Shown one piece after another: positions 27,597 through 36,907 of a stretch of 64,000 nucleotides of DNA. The notes below the pieces were generated by a model. It had not been told where the DNA came from. It saw only the letters and a program-made list of their open reading frames with translations, and ran no database searches. Source of the stretch: a virus; the IMG/VR virus record IMGVR_UViG_3300027973_000032, positions 32,001 to 96,000 of that record; one strand, given 5' to 3'. Within the stretch, counting starts at the first letter, position 1; each line of letters opens with the position of its first letter. Position numbers and translations under genes: made by a program.

Positions 27597-27638
27597 AAAA
27601 ACAACAGGCTTGCTCAAACTGCCTGTTGATAGTATACT
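27590..27638 (+). promoter_or_regulatory. Box promoter 9 (degenerate left half)
   Basis: GTAT-N8-CAAC, 4 bp, TTGCTC-17-TATACT. Confidence 0.7.
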
Positions 27639-27644
27639 AAGAAC

Positions 27645-27881
27645 ATGGCAACACAGGAGCACAAGATGGGGTACAAGGTGGTAGCAGACAAGTACCAAAT
27701 GGACATGATGCGTGAGAAATACGGCCCACGCAAAGGTCTGGAAGGTCCCTTCAACTTCAGTGGCCGTGTTCTTTACTACGATGTCCGAGAAGGCTCCTAC
27801 TACGACCCACGTACAGACTTCTACGTGGCTCAGGACGAAATGACGTCAATCCACAACCAACTACTGGACAAGATGCGATGA
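27645..27881 (+). CDS. Hypothetical protein
   Basis: GLEGPF..GRVLYYD..EGSYYDP.TDFY; in-frame ATGs at 27645 and 27666. Confidence 0.7.
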   Translation: MATQEHKMGYKVVADKYQMDMMREKYGPRKGLEGPFNFSGRVLYYDVREGSYYDPRTDFYVAQDEMTSIHNQLLDKMR

Positions 27882-28117
27882 ACTGGAACAAAGAAGGCCA
27901 ACAGGTTGCTGGAGTGTACTTGGGTGCCTACACCGTCACTGGTGTGGTTCAAAGCAGCCGTGTCAAATACGGCGGCAAGGTCCAACACCGCGTCCTGCTA
28001 GACAAGCCCGTTATGGTGTTTGGCCGTGAGGCAGAGGAACTCCTGTTGGACGACGAAGAACTGTTCACCAAACCCCGTAAGGGCATGATGGATGTTGTAT
28101 TTGAACAACAGGCTTGA
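27878..28117 (+). CDS. Hypothetical protein
   Basis: G.V.SSRVKYGG.VQH motif; ATGA-coupled. Confidence 0.7.
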   Translation: MNWNKEGQQVAGVYLGAYTVTGVVQSSRVKYGGKVQHRVLLDKPVMVFGREAEELLLDDEELFTKPRKGMMDVVFEQQA

Positions 28118-28142
28118 CGATTTGAGCAGCCGACGTTATACT
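28094..28142 (+). promoter_or_regulatory. Box promoter 10
   Basis: GTTG-TATTTGAA-CAAC, 4 bp, TTGACG-17-TATACT. Confidence 0.8.
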
Positions 28143-28171
28143 ATTGAAACAGTACAGCAAAGGAGCAACTA

Positions 28172-28396
28172 ATGTTCGCAGTAGTAGATACCAAAACAGA
28201 AGAACCCATTAAGACTTATAAGACATTTAAAGGCGCTGCCATTGCCATGCGAGCAATGAACAAGAAGGCAGGCTTTCCAATACGAATGACTCGTTGCTGG
28301 ACACGCGGACTGAGCTTGGAATGGTGCCGCACAATGAACGATGAATACGAATACGGTCCCTACGCTGTGGGCGGCCAAATCCATTACGTAGGTTAA
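28172..28396 (+). CDS. Hypothetical protein
   Basis: GGAGC SD. Confidence 0.65.
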   Translation: MFAVVDTKTEEPIKTYKTFKGAAIAMRAMNKKAGFPIRMTRCWTRGLSLEWCRTMNDEYEYGPYAVGGQIHYVG

Positions 28397-28406
28397 GGAG
28401 AATACA

Positions 28407-28895
28407 ATGCCTAATTGGTGTAATAATACTGTCACTATCAAACATAGTGACCCAAAGATGATTGCTCGTGTACGCGATGCCTTTGAACAAGAACGGCTGT
28501 GCAATGAGTTCCTTCCCAATCCCAATGGTGAATGGTCGTGGGAACACTCGGTGAACACTTGGGGAACCAAATGGGAAATTGCCGGAGAGATTGACAGCAT
28601 TGAAGACGGAGTAGTCCTCACCTTTGATAGTGCATGGGCTCCCCCAATTGGCCTATACGAAAAGCTCTACTCACTGGGCTATGAAGTCACTGCTCGTTAC
28701 TATGAACCAGGTATGGCCTTTGCCGGCACATACGAAGATGGTAGCGATGACTGCTACGACTACAGTGGCATGAATGCTGATGAGATTGAAAAGTACCTCC
28801 CAGAAGAACTGGACCAGTACTTTGGCATCAGCGAGACTGTGAGTCAGTGGGAAGAAGAAAACAACGAAGAAACGGTTGACAGCAACGACGATTGA
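28407..28895 (+). CDS. DUF1281/YubB ferredoxin-like domain protein
   Basis: MPNWCNN, NTWGTKWE, FDSAWAPP, YYEPGMAFAG. Confidence 0.75.
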   Translation: MPNWCNNTVTIKHSDPKMIARVRDAFEQERLCNEFLPNPNGEWSWEHSVNTWGTKWEIAGEIDSIEDGVVLTFDSAWAPPIGLYEKLYSLGYEVTARYYEPGMAFAGTYEDGSDDCYDYSGMNADEIEKYLPEELDQYFGISETVSQWEEENNEETVDSNDD

Positions 28896-28949
28896 TGTTA
28901 CTATATTGATACTGCGAAAGCACGTACACACACTAAAAGGAAATTGAAA

Positions 28950-29345
28950 ATGGCTACTGATAAGACTTTTACCGTTGCAGGTGTATCCAAACACAAAGGC
29001 GAATACAAGGTTCGCTTTGCCAATGATGTTATGCGAGTTAAGGTACTGACTAAAGGCGGACACGAAGATATTCGTCTTGTTGAACTAGACGAACCCCTCT
29101 CCAAGCTTGATGCAGTTCTGGCAATTAAGAACATGACTGAGTTCGCAGACGTCAATGCACAGAATGCATTTTTGGAATACGTTGAACGTAATGTGCCAGC
29201 TGCCAAACCAGAAAGCACACCCTCTGCTACCAAAACCAAAGCAGTCGTTGCTAAGGCAAAGGTAAGTACAGTGACCCCACAAGTGCCTGCACTGAAAGGC
29301 ATGACCCCGTTGGGTTTTAAAGATGTAGAGGACGCACCGTTTTAA
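28950..29345 (+). CDS. Hypothetical protein with Ala/Lys-rich tail
   Basis: FTVAGVS..YKVRFAND..RVK.L.K.GH; upstream TTGACA-17-TACTAT at 28876-28904. Confidence 0.7.
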   Translation: MATDKTFTVAGVSKHKGEYKVRFANDVMRVKVLTKGGHEDIRLVELDEPLSKLDAVLAIKNMTEFADVNAQNAFLEYVERNVPAAKPESTPSATKTKAVVAKAKVSTVTPQVPALKGMTPLGFKDVEDAPF

Positions 29346-29346
29346 T

Positions 29347-29535
29347 ATGAGCTGGGAAATGTACGAAGTCTGGGCCGTTGACCTCAACGGTCACGAGACA
29401 CTGATCGACACTACTAAAGACATCAAACGAGCAAGGCTACTGGCCAGAGAGTCGTTGGATGAAATCAATATAGAATGTATCATCTATAAAGAGACTGAGG
29501 ATGGTGAATTAGCATTGGTGGAAAGACTTCAGTGA
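29347..29535 (+). CDS. Hypothetical protein
   Basis: Adjacent in-line ORF. Confidence 0.6.
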   Translation: MSWEMYEVWAVDLNGHETLIDTTKDIKRARLLARESLDEINIECIIYKETEDGELALVERLQ

Positions 29536-29541
29536 TGTACG

Positions 29542-29619
29542 GGGCCTCTAGCTCATGTTGGTTAGAGCAGTGGACTCATAATCCATTGGTGCCGAGTTCG
29601 ACTCTCGGGGGGCCCACCA
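29542..29619 (+). tRNA. tRNA with CAT anticodon, probably Ile2 (lysidine, reads AUA); Met not excluded
   Basis: Acceptor GGGCCTC/GGGGCCC, anticodon arm GTGGA-CTCATAA-TCCAT, TTCGA loop, encoded CCA; C4:G69 and C5:G68 pairs. Confidence 0.9.
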
Positions 29620-29623
29620 ATTA

Positions 29624-29708
29624 GCCCGGATGGTGAAATAGGTAGACACAAGAGACTTAAAATCTCTCGCCGAAAGGTGTGCCGGTTCGAGTCCGGCTCC
29701 GGGCACCA
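29624..29708 (+). tRNA. tRNA-Leu(TAA)
   Basis: GCCCGGA/TCCGGGC stem, AGAGA-CTTAAAA-TCTCT arm, long variable arm, CCA. Confidence 0.93.
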
Positions 29709-29711
29709 TAT

Positions 29712-29787
<76 letters not shown>

Positions 29788-29806
29788 TTGATATAACCAT
29801 GGGGGT

Positions 29807-29855
29807 GTTGTAAAAATACAACACTCTTGCTTTTTTTTACGAGCTGTGCTATAAT
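29807..29855 (+). promoter_or_regulatory. Box promoter 11
   Basis: GTTG-TAAAAATA-CAAC, 4 bp, TTGCTT-17-TATAAT. Confidence 0.8.
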
Positions 29856-29892
29856 TTACACATACTAAATTAACACACAGAGAGTTCTAAAA

Positions 29893-30183
29893 ATGCAAAA
29901 GCTTACAGCTACACACATTACTAAAATTAATACCATTATGCTTGATACTATTAGCACGTACATTAAACAGTACAACATTGCTAATACTTACGATCCGCTC
30001 TTAATTACGGATACTTTGCATAACACTTATGCATTGCATAAGTTTAATAATACAAAAAACATACAAGAGTTGCATAACGCAATTATTGCACAAGACACCT
30101 TAGTACGCGAGTACTTTGTTAATGTACTTCGTTATATTGAAAATAACAATTTAATCCCTGCTAGCAAATTTTGCTGTAGTTAA
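29893..30183 (+). CDS. Hypothetical protein (AT-rich)
   Basis: ORF after box promoter 11. Confidence 0.6.
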   Translation: MQKLTATHITKINTIMLDTISTYIKQYNIANTYDPLLITDTLHNTYALHKFNNTKNIQELHNAIIAQDTLVREYFVNVLRYIENNNLIPASKFCCS

Positions 30184-30199
30184 AAACGATATAACAAGT

Positions 30200-30268
30200 G
30201 TTGCATAAAAACAACACTTGTTGTAATAAAACAACAGCATTGACAAAAACAGATCCAGACACTATAAT
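30200..30268 (+). promoter_or_regulatory. Box promoter 12 with tandem double box
   Basis: Boxes at 30200-30215 and 30220-30235, 4 bp, TTGACA-17-TATAAT. Confidence 0.85.
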
Positions 30269-30304
30269 ATACACATACTTAGTTAACACAGAGAGAGAAA
30301 GAAA

Positions 30305-30553
30305 ATGGCTACAATGGCAAACGTATACAAACGTATTATTATTAACTGCTACGGCAAAATTTATGCACGAGGCGATGCAGGCTTAGACTACATGGATAGG
30401 CATGAGGCAATGCTTGCAGACGATTTAGATGTGCTAATGCAACATGTATATAACGATGAGTTAGATACTGTTAGCACAGATAAATTACGTGCGCTTGCAG
30501 ATGCATTGCAAGTCGTTGTCTACGACGCTGAGTTTGACTTAGAGTCTTTTTAA
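30305..30553 (+). CDS. Hypothetical protein
   Basis: ORF after box promoter 12. Confidence 0.6.
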   Translation: MATMANVYKRIIINCYGKIYARGDAGLDYMDRHEAMLADDLDVLMQHVYNDELDTVSTDKLRALADALQVVVYDAEFDLESF

Positions 30554-30625
30554 TACAGGTACTATAATGCAAGGCCAATGGATTTGCGTCAATGGCAAAT
30601 GGATCTTTATTAGAGACAACGAACA

Positions 30626-30937
30626 ATGAATAAAGTTATTAGAGATGGATTTGTTGCAGTACTATACAGCCCAGGCTACGGCGCAGGTTGGTATACTTGG
30701 CATAACATTCCAGAACTCATATACGATCCAACTATAGTTGAAATGATTGAACAGGGTCGTCTCAACGACGTCGAAGCTTATTGCGAACTCACATACCCCT
30801 CCTTTACCAAATGCTATATGGGCGCATCTGATCTCGAGATCAGCTGGATTAAAGAAGGTCGCGTATTCCTTATAGAAGAATACGACGGCAACGAAAGCAT
30901 CCGCTTCAGAGAAGACATCCACTGGCTTGTTGCTTAA
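30626..30937 (+). CDS. Phage hypothetical protein
   Basis: VAVLYSPGYGAGWYTW..IEEYDGNE. Confidence 0.75.
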   Translation: MNKVIRDGFVAVLYSPGYGAGWYTWHNIPELIYDPTIVEMIEQGRLNDVEAYCELTYPSFTKCYMGASDLEISWIKEGRVFLIEEYDGNESIRFREDIHWLVA

Positions 30938-30977
30938 CTACAACAGGGTAGACATAGGGCCCAACTGGCCGTATAAT
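30929..30977 (+). promoter_or_regulatory. Box promoter 13
   Basis: GTTG-CTTAACTA-CAAC, 4 bp, TAGACA-17-TATAAT. Confidence 0.8.
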
Positions 30978-30983
30978 TACTAC

Positions 30984-31385
30984 ATGGACAAAGCAAACAA
31001 GGAGCAGGCAATGAGCGAATACACTTACAAGAGCTGGGACGAGTACACTCCATTGGAGCAGGCTGCCATGACCTGGTGGGATATGTACAAGGACGCCTAC
31101 GGCGTTCGCCCACGTGGCACAGACACCAGCTCCTGGACACTGGAGAAGTTTGAGAGTGAATTCAAGTACCTCCAGGACGTGATCCACTGCAACGAACGCC
31201 AACGTGAACTGGACGAGGCCTTCAACATCAAACGGTTTGAAGAGCGCGTGGCCAAAGTCATTGAACTGGGTGCCAAAGACCGCGCAATGGCCCTGCGTTG
31301 GATCCACGAGGCTGAAGGCAGCAACGGCGACGACGAATACCTTTGCTTCTGCGTTGGCGTTCCATACGGCTATATTAAATCTTAA
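30984..31385 (+). CDS. Phage hypothetical protein
   Basis: DMYKDAYGVRPRG..GAKDRAMALRW; in-frame ATGs at 30984 and 31011. Confidence 0.75.
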   Translation: MDKANKEQAMSEYTYKSWDEYTPLEQAAMTWWDMYKDAYGVRPRGTDTSSWTLEKFESEFKYLQDVIHCNERQRELDEAFNIKRFEERVAKVIELGAKDRAMALRWIHEAEGSNGDDEYLCFCVGVPYGYIKS

Positions 31386-31406
31386 TCCTAAACTGAGGAC
31401 TACGCA

Positions 31407-31652
31407 ATGACTGCATCACAGAAACAACAGGCCTTCCAGGAAATCATTAGCTGGCTAATGTGGCGTAAAGACACTAGGAAATGTAAGTCTGTAACACGTA
31501 AGGCCATTGTATCCTATTACGAAGCTGTCAGTAAACAGATCACTGGCGTATTTGAAATAAAGGTACTAGAGGCTACCCATATGAACTCACTGGCGCAGGC
31601 CACAGGCGGCGTCTATGTCGTATCCAAGCACAAAGGCAGTATCAAATACTAG
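31407..31652 (+). CDS. Hypothetical protein
   Basis: GAGGA SD. Confidence 0.55.
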   Translation: MTASQKQQAFQEIISWLMWRKDTRKCKSVTRKAIVSYYEAVSKQITGVFEIKVLEATHMNSLAQATGGVYVVSKHKGSIKY

Positions 31653-31653
31653 T

Positions 31654-31702
31654 GTTGTAATAGCACAACGGGCTAGACATCATAGCCCACCGATGCTATA
31701 CT
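31654..31702 (+). promoter_or_regulatory. Box promoter 14
   Basis: GTTG-TAATAGCA-CAAC, 4 bp, TAGACA-17-TATACT. Confidence 0.8.
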
Positions 31703-31730
31703 ATTGAAACTGTAACAAAGGAACAACGCA

Positions 31731-32066
31731 ATGACTACTACTGCTAACATCCCCGCACTCCACGTTGAAGCCTCACGTAAGGCAGCTGAGAAGGCACGTG
31801 AACTAAACGCTACACTGGGACAAGCTTGGCCCTGTGGCTTTGCTTGGGTTAACATCAGCGGCGTTAAGCTGAGCACTAGGCAAGGCAAGGAGTTTGCCAA
31901 GCTGGGCTTCCGTAAAGCATACGGCTACCCCAACACTGTACAACTGTGGAACCCCAGCGGACACCCTACACAGAACATGGACGTGAAGGAGATGGCTGCT
32001 GATGTTTACGCTGAAGTGTTTCGTCAAGCTGGCTTCAATGCTTTTGCCGGCTCGCGTATGGATTGA
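31731..32066 (+). CDS. Phage hypothetical protein
   Basis: CGFAWV..QNMDVKE..A.VYAEV..SRMD. Confidence 0.75.
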   Translation: MTTTANIPALHVEASRKAAEKARELNATLGQAWPCGFAWVNISGVKLSTRQGKEFAKLGFRKAYGYPNTVQLWNPSGHPTQNMDVKEMAADVYAEVFRQAGFNAFAGSRMD

Positions 32067-32097
32067 TTGTGCTCGCGTTTGTTTGGTAAATCCCTTT

Positions 32098-32123
32098 AAC
32101 TCCACTTCGGTGGAGTTTTTTTT
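32098..32123 (+). terminator. Rho-independent terminator closing the island
   Basis: AACTCCAC-TTCG-GTGGAGTT plus T tract. Confidence 0.85.
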
Positions 32124-32312
32124 GGTGGTGGTGATGATAGGTGGTGGTGGCTTATAAAAAGAAAAACTGTTGTAAAAAAACAACAGCTACTAGCACCCCC
32201 AAAAAAGGACCCATATAGGCGAAAACACCCCCTGGAAACTCTAAGTACTTTGTAGCAATTTTTCGTAGCGCAGAAAAAAAGAGTGCAGGGCCCATTTCAG
32301 CTAACTAGTATT

Positions 32313-33071
32313 ATGAAAATCTGTAAAACTTGTAATCAAGATAAACCAATAAATGAGTATTATAAAAATCGATCAGTCTGTCGAGCTTGTTTAAGTATAA
32401 AATATCATACCAACAAACCCCCTAGTCAAGGTCCCCGTATATACAAGCCCAAGCCGATGCCTGAACATAGAACTTGCCGAGGTTGCGATCAAACTCTCTC
32501 GATAAGTGAATTTAGTATGTGGCAACCTAAAAAAAGAGTTAGTTTAAGAATTGACACAGTATGTAAATCATGTAGAAAAGAATACTATTATAAAAACAGA
32601 GAAACAATAAGAGCCAAAGCTGCTAGTAAGCGTATACCAAAACCCAAGCCGCCAAGGAGAACTATTGAAGAAGTTCGCGCTAGGACGGCTGCATATAAAA
32701 AGCGTAGGCGTAATGAAGATCCTTTATTTAGGTTGCGTTCTAATATTGGAACTGCCATCGCTAATGCATTATCTGCCATCAAACATAGGAAGAGTAATTC
32801 AACTGAAGAAATTATTGGTTGTTCTTTCGCTCAGCTCAAAGAGCATTTAGAGTCACAGTTCCTGCCTGGTATGAATTGGAGTAATCGAGAGTTATGGCAT
32901 ATAGATCATATTGTTCCTCAATCCTTAGCCACTACAGAACAACAAGTGATTATGTTAAATCACTATACTAATCTACGTCCATTGTGGATTATTGACAACT
33001 TGCATAAAGCAGCCGCAATAACAGAAGAAGTAAAAACTCATTCCTTATATACTAAACTTTATACCCTGTAA
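32313..33071 (+). CDS. Free-standing HNH-type homing endonuclease with zinc ribbons
   Basis: Four CxxC pairs; HLESQF.PGMNW.N..WHIDHIVP..HYTNLRPLW..DN.HK. Confidence 0.8.
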   Translation: MKICKTCNQDKPINEYYKNRSVCRACLSIKYHTNKPPSQGPRIYKPKPMPEHRTCRGCDQTLSISEFSMWQPKKRVSLRIDTVCKSCRKEYYYKNRETIRAKAASKRIPKPKPPRRTIEEVRARTAAYKKRRRNEDPLFRLRSNIGTAIANALSAIKHRKSNSTEEIIGCSFAQLKEHLESQFLPGMNWSNRELWHIDHIVPQSLATTEQQVIMLNHYTNLRPLWIIDNLHKAAAITEEVKTHSLYTKLYTL

Positions 33072-33130
33072 ATTTTTCGCGCGCCAATTTTTTTGGGCTG
33101 TAGACCCGGTTCGGATAGTATAAATACTGG

Positions 33131-33874
33131 ATGCAATTACGTGAGTTATTTAAACCTAGTCCAGTGTCAGACCAGCATGTGAATTCTTGGGAGTGGCGTT
33201 TTCGCAATGACCAATTTGCTCAAGCTCTATTTAAAGTTGGTAGCATAGTCTACATGTTCAGTGCCACCAGTGATAATGAAGATGGGGATGAAGGGGATTG
33301 GTCCATTGAGTTTCAATCTATGAAACGGGTCAAAGGCATTTCAGGATTTGACAACACTGGTACGGGCAATGAAGTAGAAGTATTCAACACAGTCATTGAC
33401 ATCATACGGACCTTGATAGCAGACTTGGGCCATAGAGTACAGCGATTAAATTTTTCAGCAGCTACCTCAAGAAGAAAAAGTTTGTATGCACGAATGGCTC
33501 ATAGGTTATTGCCCAATTGGCAGTTAGATCAGTATGGTGATCATTTTACATTAACCAGACCACAACCTCAACATAAGCATCAACCTAAACCTCAGCCCCA
33601 AGAGCATCCAGTAGATGAGGATTGGAATGCAGTAAATCGTCATGATCATACTGATGGACTTAGTAAGGGTGCAGTCAGTGCATATCGTCGTGAGCATCCT
33701 GGTAGTAAGTTACAAACAGCAGTAACTACCAAACCCTCAAAGTTAAAAGCTGGTAGTAAAGATGCAAAACGACGTCGTAGTTTTTGTGCTCGTATGTCAG
33801 GTAATAAGGGACCAATGGAAAAAAATGGTAAGCCCACACCTAAGGCTCTGTCCTTACGCCGTTGGAATTGTTAA
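33131..33874 (+). CDS. Late protein with DUF6321-like C-terminal domain
   Basis: GL..KG...YRR..PGSKL..AVT..RRSFCARMSG..SLRRWNC; exact TATAAATA at 33119-33126. Confidence 0.65.
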   Translation: MQLRELFKPSPVSDQHVNSWEWRFRNDQFAQALFKVGSIVYMFSATSDNEDGDEGDWSIEFQSMKRVKGISGFDNTGTGNEVEVFNTVIDIIRTLIADLGHRVQRLNFSAATSRRKSLYARMAHRLLPNWQLDQYGDHFTLTRPQPQHKHQPKPQPQEHPVDEDWNAVNRHDHTDGLSKGAVSAYRREHPGSKLQTAVTTKPSKLKAGSKDAKRRRSFCARMSGNKGPMEKNGKPTPKALSLRRWNC

Positions 33875-33911
33875 AATAAATAAATATACGTATTAATAGA
33901 GGAACATATTC

Positions 33912-34610
33912 ATGAGTGCCATTTTCAGAGTTACCAATGAGTCCAGTGCATTAAGTACCAGTGTAGACTATGCCTTAAGTAGAGCCATCAACAGTTATCG
34001 TGAGTTACCAGATGCATGTATCAGTGTAGTGGGTTATAGTGGATACAAGACACGTTATTTTATCAATAATCTAATGAGAAAAATCATAGCACCCAAGTAT
34101 TTACAAGTGGGTTTATGGAAAGGCAGTATGTTCTGTTCAGCCATTGGTGGGGTGCCAGGTATCACAGCCTTGGGCATTGACAATTTTAGTTTAAGTCCAG
34201 ACCGTGATGCATTAGATTCAAACATCAGTCTAGTCAAGTATAGTTCCACCACAGTTGACGTATTAGATCAGGATTTCAGCACAGTAAATTTCAGTGGTCG
34301 TGGTCCTTTCAATGTCATGGTCTATGATGGTGGACGTGGTATTGCGCCTGATAGTATTCTTCCCACTGTAATCGATGCCATGGACAGTAGTTTTGTGTTT
34401 GTAGTACAGGATTGGGATCATGCATATGGTGGTGGATCTAGTCCTTTAAATGCTGGTGTATTAAGTAGTATTGCTGACCTAGGCCTGACCACACAGTATT
34501 ATACAGATGTACAAAGTGGTGGATATTATGAGAGTGGTGGGAACAATTCCAGTGATGTCTACTATACCGACTGGCATAATGGACTAGGCATATTTGTTTT
34601 AACTAAGTAA
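33912..34610 (+). CDS. Class I SAM methyltransferase-like protein (Methyltransf_24-like)
   Basis: YLQVGLWKGS, GIDNFS, VYDGG, VVQDWD, WHNG. Confidence 0.65.
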   Translation: MSAIFRVTNESSALSTSVDYALSRAINSYRELPDACISVVGYSGYKTRYFINNLMRKIIAPKYLQVGLWKGSMFCSAIGGVPGITALGIDNFSLSPDRDALDSNISLVKYSSTTVDVLDQDFSTVNFSGRGPFNVMVYDGGRGIAPDSILPTVIDAMDSSFVFVVQDWDHAYGGGSSPLNAGVLSSIADLGLTTQYYTDVQSGGYYESGGNNSSDVYYTDWHNGLGIFVLTK

Positions 34611-34666
34611 TAGTAGCAGTTAATGGAGTAAAAAATCGCTAAAAGCGGTTCGCTGCTTCGCAGTCA

Positions 34667-35098
34667 TTACAGCCACATTTCTCTAAATTCGCCTTGGCTA
34701 TGTAACACCGTCCAAGCAACTTCAGCTAGGAAATCAAAGTGATCTCTAAGTTGTTGTATTTCATGATCTGGTCCAATCTGTGCCAGTACTCTAGTATAAC
34801 AGCCCTGTCCCAAGTCTGTATAGTAGCTGGCACTAATGCCTCTTCGTGATCCAATATCTGGGAATACAGCTCTAGTAAACCAGCAAGTATCTCCTAGAGC
34901 CATAGTAGCTTCTATGCCGCGTACAGTCATGTATTGTTCAGCGTAACTGGGTTGTGGTTGCCAAGGGTTTTGATCTATCTTGCTGACCAAAACTTCTACC
35001 ATATGTTGTTGTAATTTTTGGGGAATATGCCATCCCTGACGATCTAATGTGTCAGACATCAATGTGGTAAAAGCCTTTTCAACGCCTTTATGTTTCAA
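34667..35098 (-). CDS. Hypothetical protein
   Basis: GAGGA SD with TTG start; TATAAATA upstream on the minus strand. Confidence 0.6.
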   Translation of the reverse strand: MKHKGVEKAFTTLMSDTLDRQGWHIPQKLQQHMVEVLVSKIDQNPWQPQPSYAEQYMTVRGIEATMALGDTCWFTRAVFPDIGSRRGISASYYTDLGQGCYTRVLAQIGPDHEIQQLRDHFDFLAEVAWTVLHSQGEFREMWL

Positions 35099-35136
35099 AC
35101 TGTATTCCTCGACTAGATATTTATAATAAATATGGT

Positions 35137-35364
35137 ATGAACACTGTACAAGAACAATATGGGCAATATGGTGCTGCCGAAGTCAATCATGGCGGCAATG
35201 CCAGTCCTGTTGGTTCAAAAGCCACTTCTGATAGTGTGTCAGATAATGATCAAATTCAAAAATTGCAACAGCAAGTTAATATGTTGCATCGTGAAATACG
35301 TAAGTTACATAATCGCCATCGTGAAATGCACAGTGAGTTACAGCGTTTACGTCAGAGGGATTAA
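35137..35364 (+). CDS. Small coiled-coil protein
   Basis: Heptad-like C-terminus; TAAATA upstream. Confidence 0.6.
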   Translation: MNTVQEQYGQYGAAEVNHGGNASPVGSKATSDSVSDNDQIQKLQQQVNMLHREIRKLHNRHREMHSELQRLRQRD

Positions 35365-35366
35365 TC

Positions 35367-36593
35367 ATGGACAGTAAACAGACCACCATACTATGTAGTG
35401 ATGTCATAGGGTATAGTAAAATGATGGGTATGGATGAGCAAGGTACCTTAGTCAAATTAGATGCTTGCCGTGCCATAATTGATCCATTAATTATAGAGTA
35501 CAGGGGTAGGTTGTTTAATACTGCTGGTGATAGTGTATTAATGGAGTTTGCCAATCCTGTAGATGCCATTAGGTTTGGTGTGGAAATGCAACATCGTATT
35601 GGTGAATTAAATAACGGTATGCGTTGGCGTATTGGAGTACATATTGGTTCAGTTTACGTTTATGGCACCAATCTTTTAGGTGACACAGTGAATCTCGCTG
35701 CTCGTATAGAAAGTCAAGCCGACTATGGCGGAATCTGTTTGAGCAGTAGTGTATATGAAGTTGTCAAAACTGCTGTCGATGATTTAGTTATTGAAAATCG
35801 TGGACTACAAGAATTTAAAAATATAGATAAACCCATTAACATATATGCAGTAAAAATGCCAGGATCAGAGATCAATCCGTCTGTCAAAGTCAAACAGACT
35901 GTACGTTATAGTAGGGAAGAATTAATCAAGGGTGTGGTAAATGATCGAGCTGCACAGGGTCGTAGTTTTGCAGAAGCTCAGCATTATAAATTAGATCGTA
36001 ATTACAGGGCTACAGTACGTATTCTAATGTGGCGTTTAACACGTAAGTGTATGGACAGTATGACTGAGTTATTTGACATGGCTGCAAAGGGGCTAGTGCC
36101 GGAAGAGTTACGTGATCCTTGTGTAGCTGTAATCACTGAATATTGCAAGGGCATAGACAGTGAAAATGCCATGAAGATTAGCAAGTTGTTAGAGGGGCCG
36201 TTAGGCGCTCATCGTGCTTATAGTTTGTATTTCTTAACATTGGCAGCAAAGACTAACGTAGAAGCTCTAGTGCGATATTTTGACATAGTCATAGAAGATT
36301 CCGCCAGTAGCCTACGTGAAATTACAGATGCTGTGGAGAGATTAACGGAAGCTGCTCATAGAAAGCACGTACCTGCTATATTAAGATTAGCCCAGCATTA
36401 TGCCTTAGATGGCAATAAGCGTGAGCAGTTTAAGTGGTTATGGGTAGCACGTAGTATGCGTGATGAATCAGCACAGGAAGAATTACAAAAACTAGCCAAT
36501 AGTATTAGCAAGAGTGATTTTAATAATTACAAGTTTGATGCAGAAGCCTTGTTGGACGAGGTCAATTTCAATCGTTCAACCAGTATATATTAA
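35367..36593 (+). CDS. Class III adenylate/guanylate cyclase domain with helical (Sel1-like) C-terminus
   Basis: ILCSDVIGYS, AGDSVLMEF, RIGVHIG, GDTVNLAARIES, FKNI. Confidence 0.85.
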   Translation: MDSKQTTILCSDVIGYSKMMGMDEQGTLVKLDACRAIIDPLIIEYRGRLFNTAGDSVLMEFANPVDAIRFGVEMQHRIGELNNGMRWRIGVHIGSVYVYGTNLLGDTVNLAARIESQADYGGICLSSSVYEVVKTAVDDLVIENRGLQEFKNIDKPINIYAVKMPGSEINPSVKVKQTVRYSREELIKGVVNDRAAQGRSFAEAQHYKLDRNYRATVRILMWRLTRKCMDSMTELFDMAAKGLVPEELRDPCVAVITEYCKGIDSENAMKISKLLEGPLGAHRAYSLYFLTLAAKTNVEALVRYFDIVIEDSASSLREITDAVERLTEAAHRKHVPAILRLAQHYALDGNKREQFKWLWVARSMRDESAQEELQKLANSISKSDFNNYKFDAEALLDEVNFNRSTSIY

Positions 36594-36907
36594 TAGTCCT
36601 CTTCTTCGTCGTCTTCGTTAGGTCCACTGTTAATACGACGATCGGCCAGTATACGTTCCATTTCAATGGTCTTACCACGTAGTTCCATCACAGTAACAAC
36701 CTTTTGATTTAGGCGTATGAGGTCGTTGTCCAACAATCTAATACGATCAATCAAGTGTATAATAGTTTCATTAGTTTCTTTAATAACGGGTTTAATTTCT
36801 GTGGTAACCCAGTGCCATACATAATAGATTAGGTATGCCATGCCACCAGCAGCTACCACTGGAAATCCGTATTCGTTGATAAGATCGGTAATAGCACTAG
36901 TTTCCAT
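36590..36907 (-). CDS. YvrJ-like membrane/coiled-coil protein
   Basis: LINEYGFPVVAA transmembrane segment then coiled coil. Confidence 0.6.
   Translation of the reverse strand: METSAITDLINEYGFPVVAAGGMAYLIYYVWHWVTTEIKPVIKETNETIIHLIDRIRLLDNDLIRLNQKVVTVMELRGKTIEMERILADRRINSGPNEDDEEEDY

Noticed and set aside
35367-36593. Pycsar defence system
   Set aside because: No recognisable cNMP-binding TIR or transmembrane effector is adjacent; kept only as an atypical cyclase.
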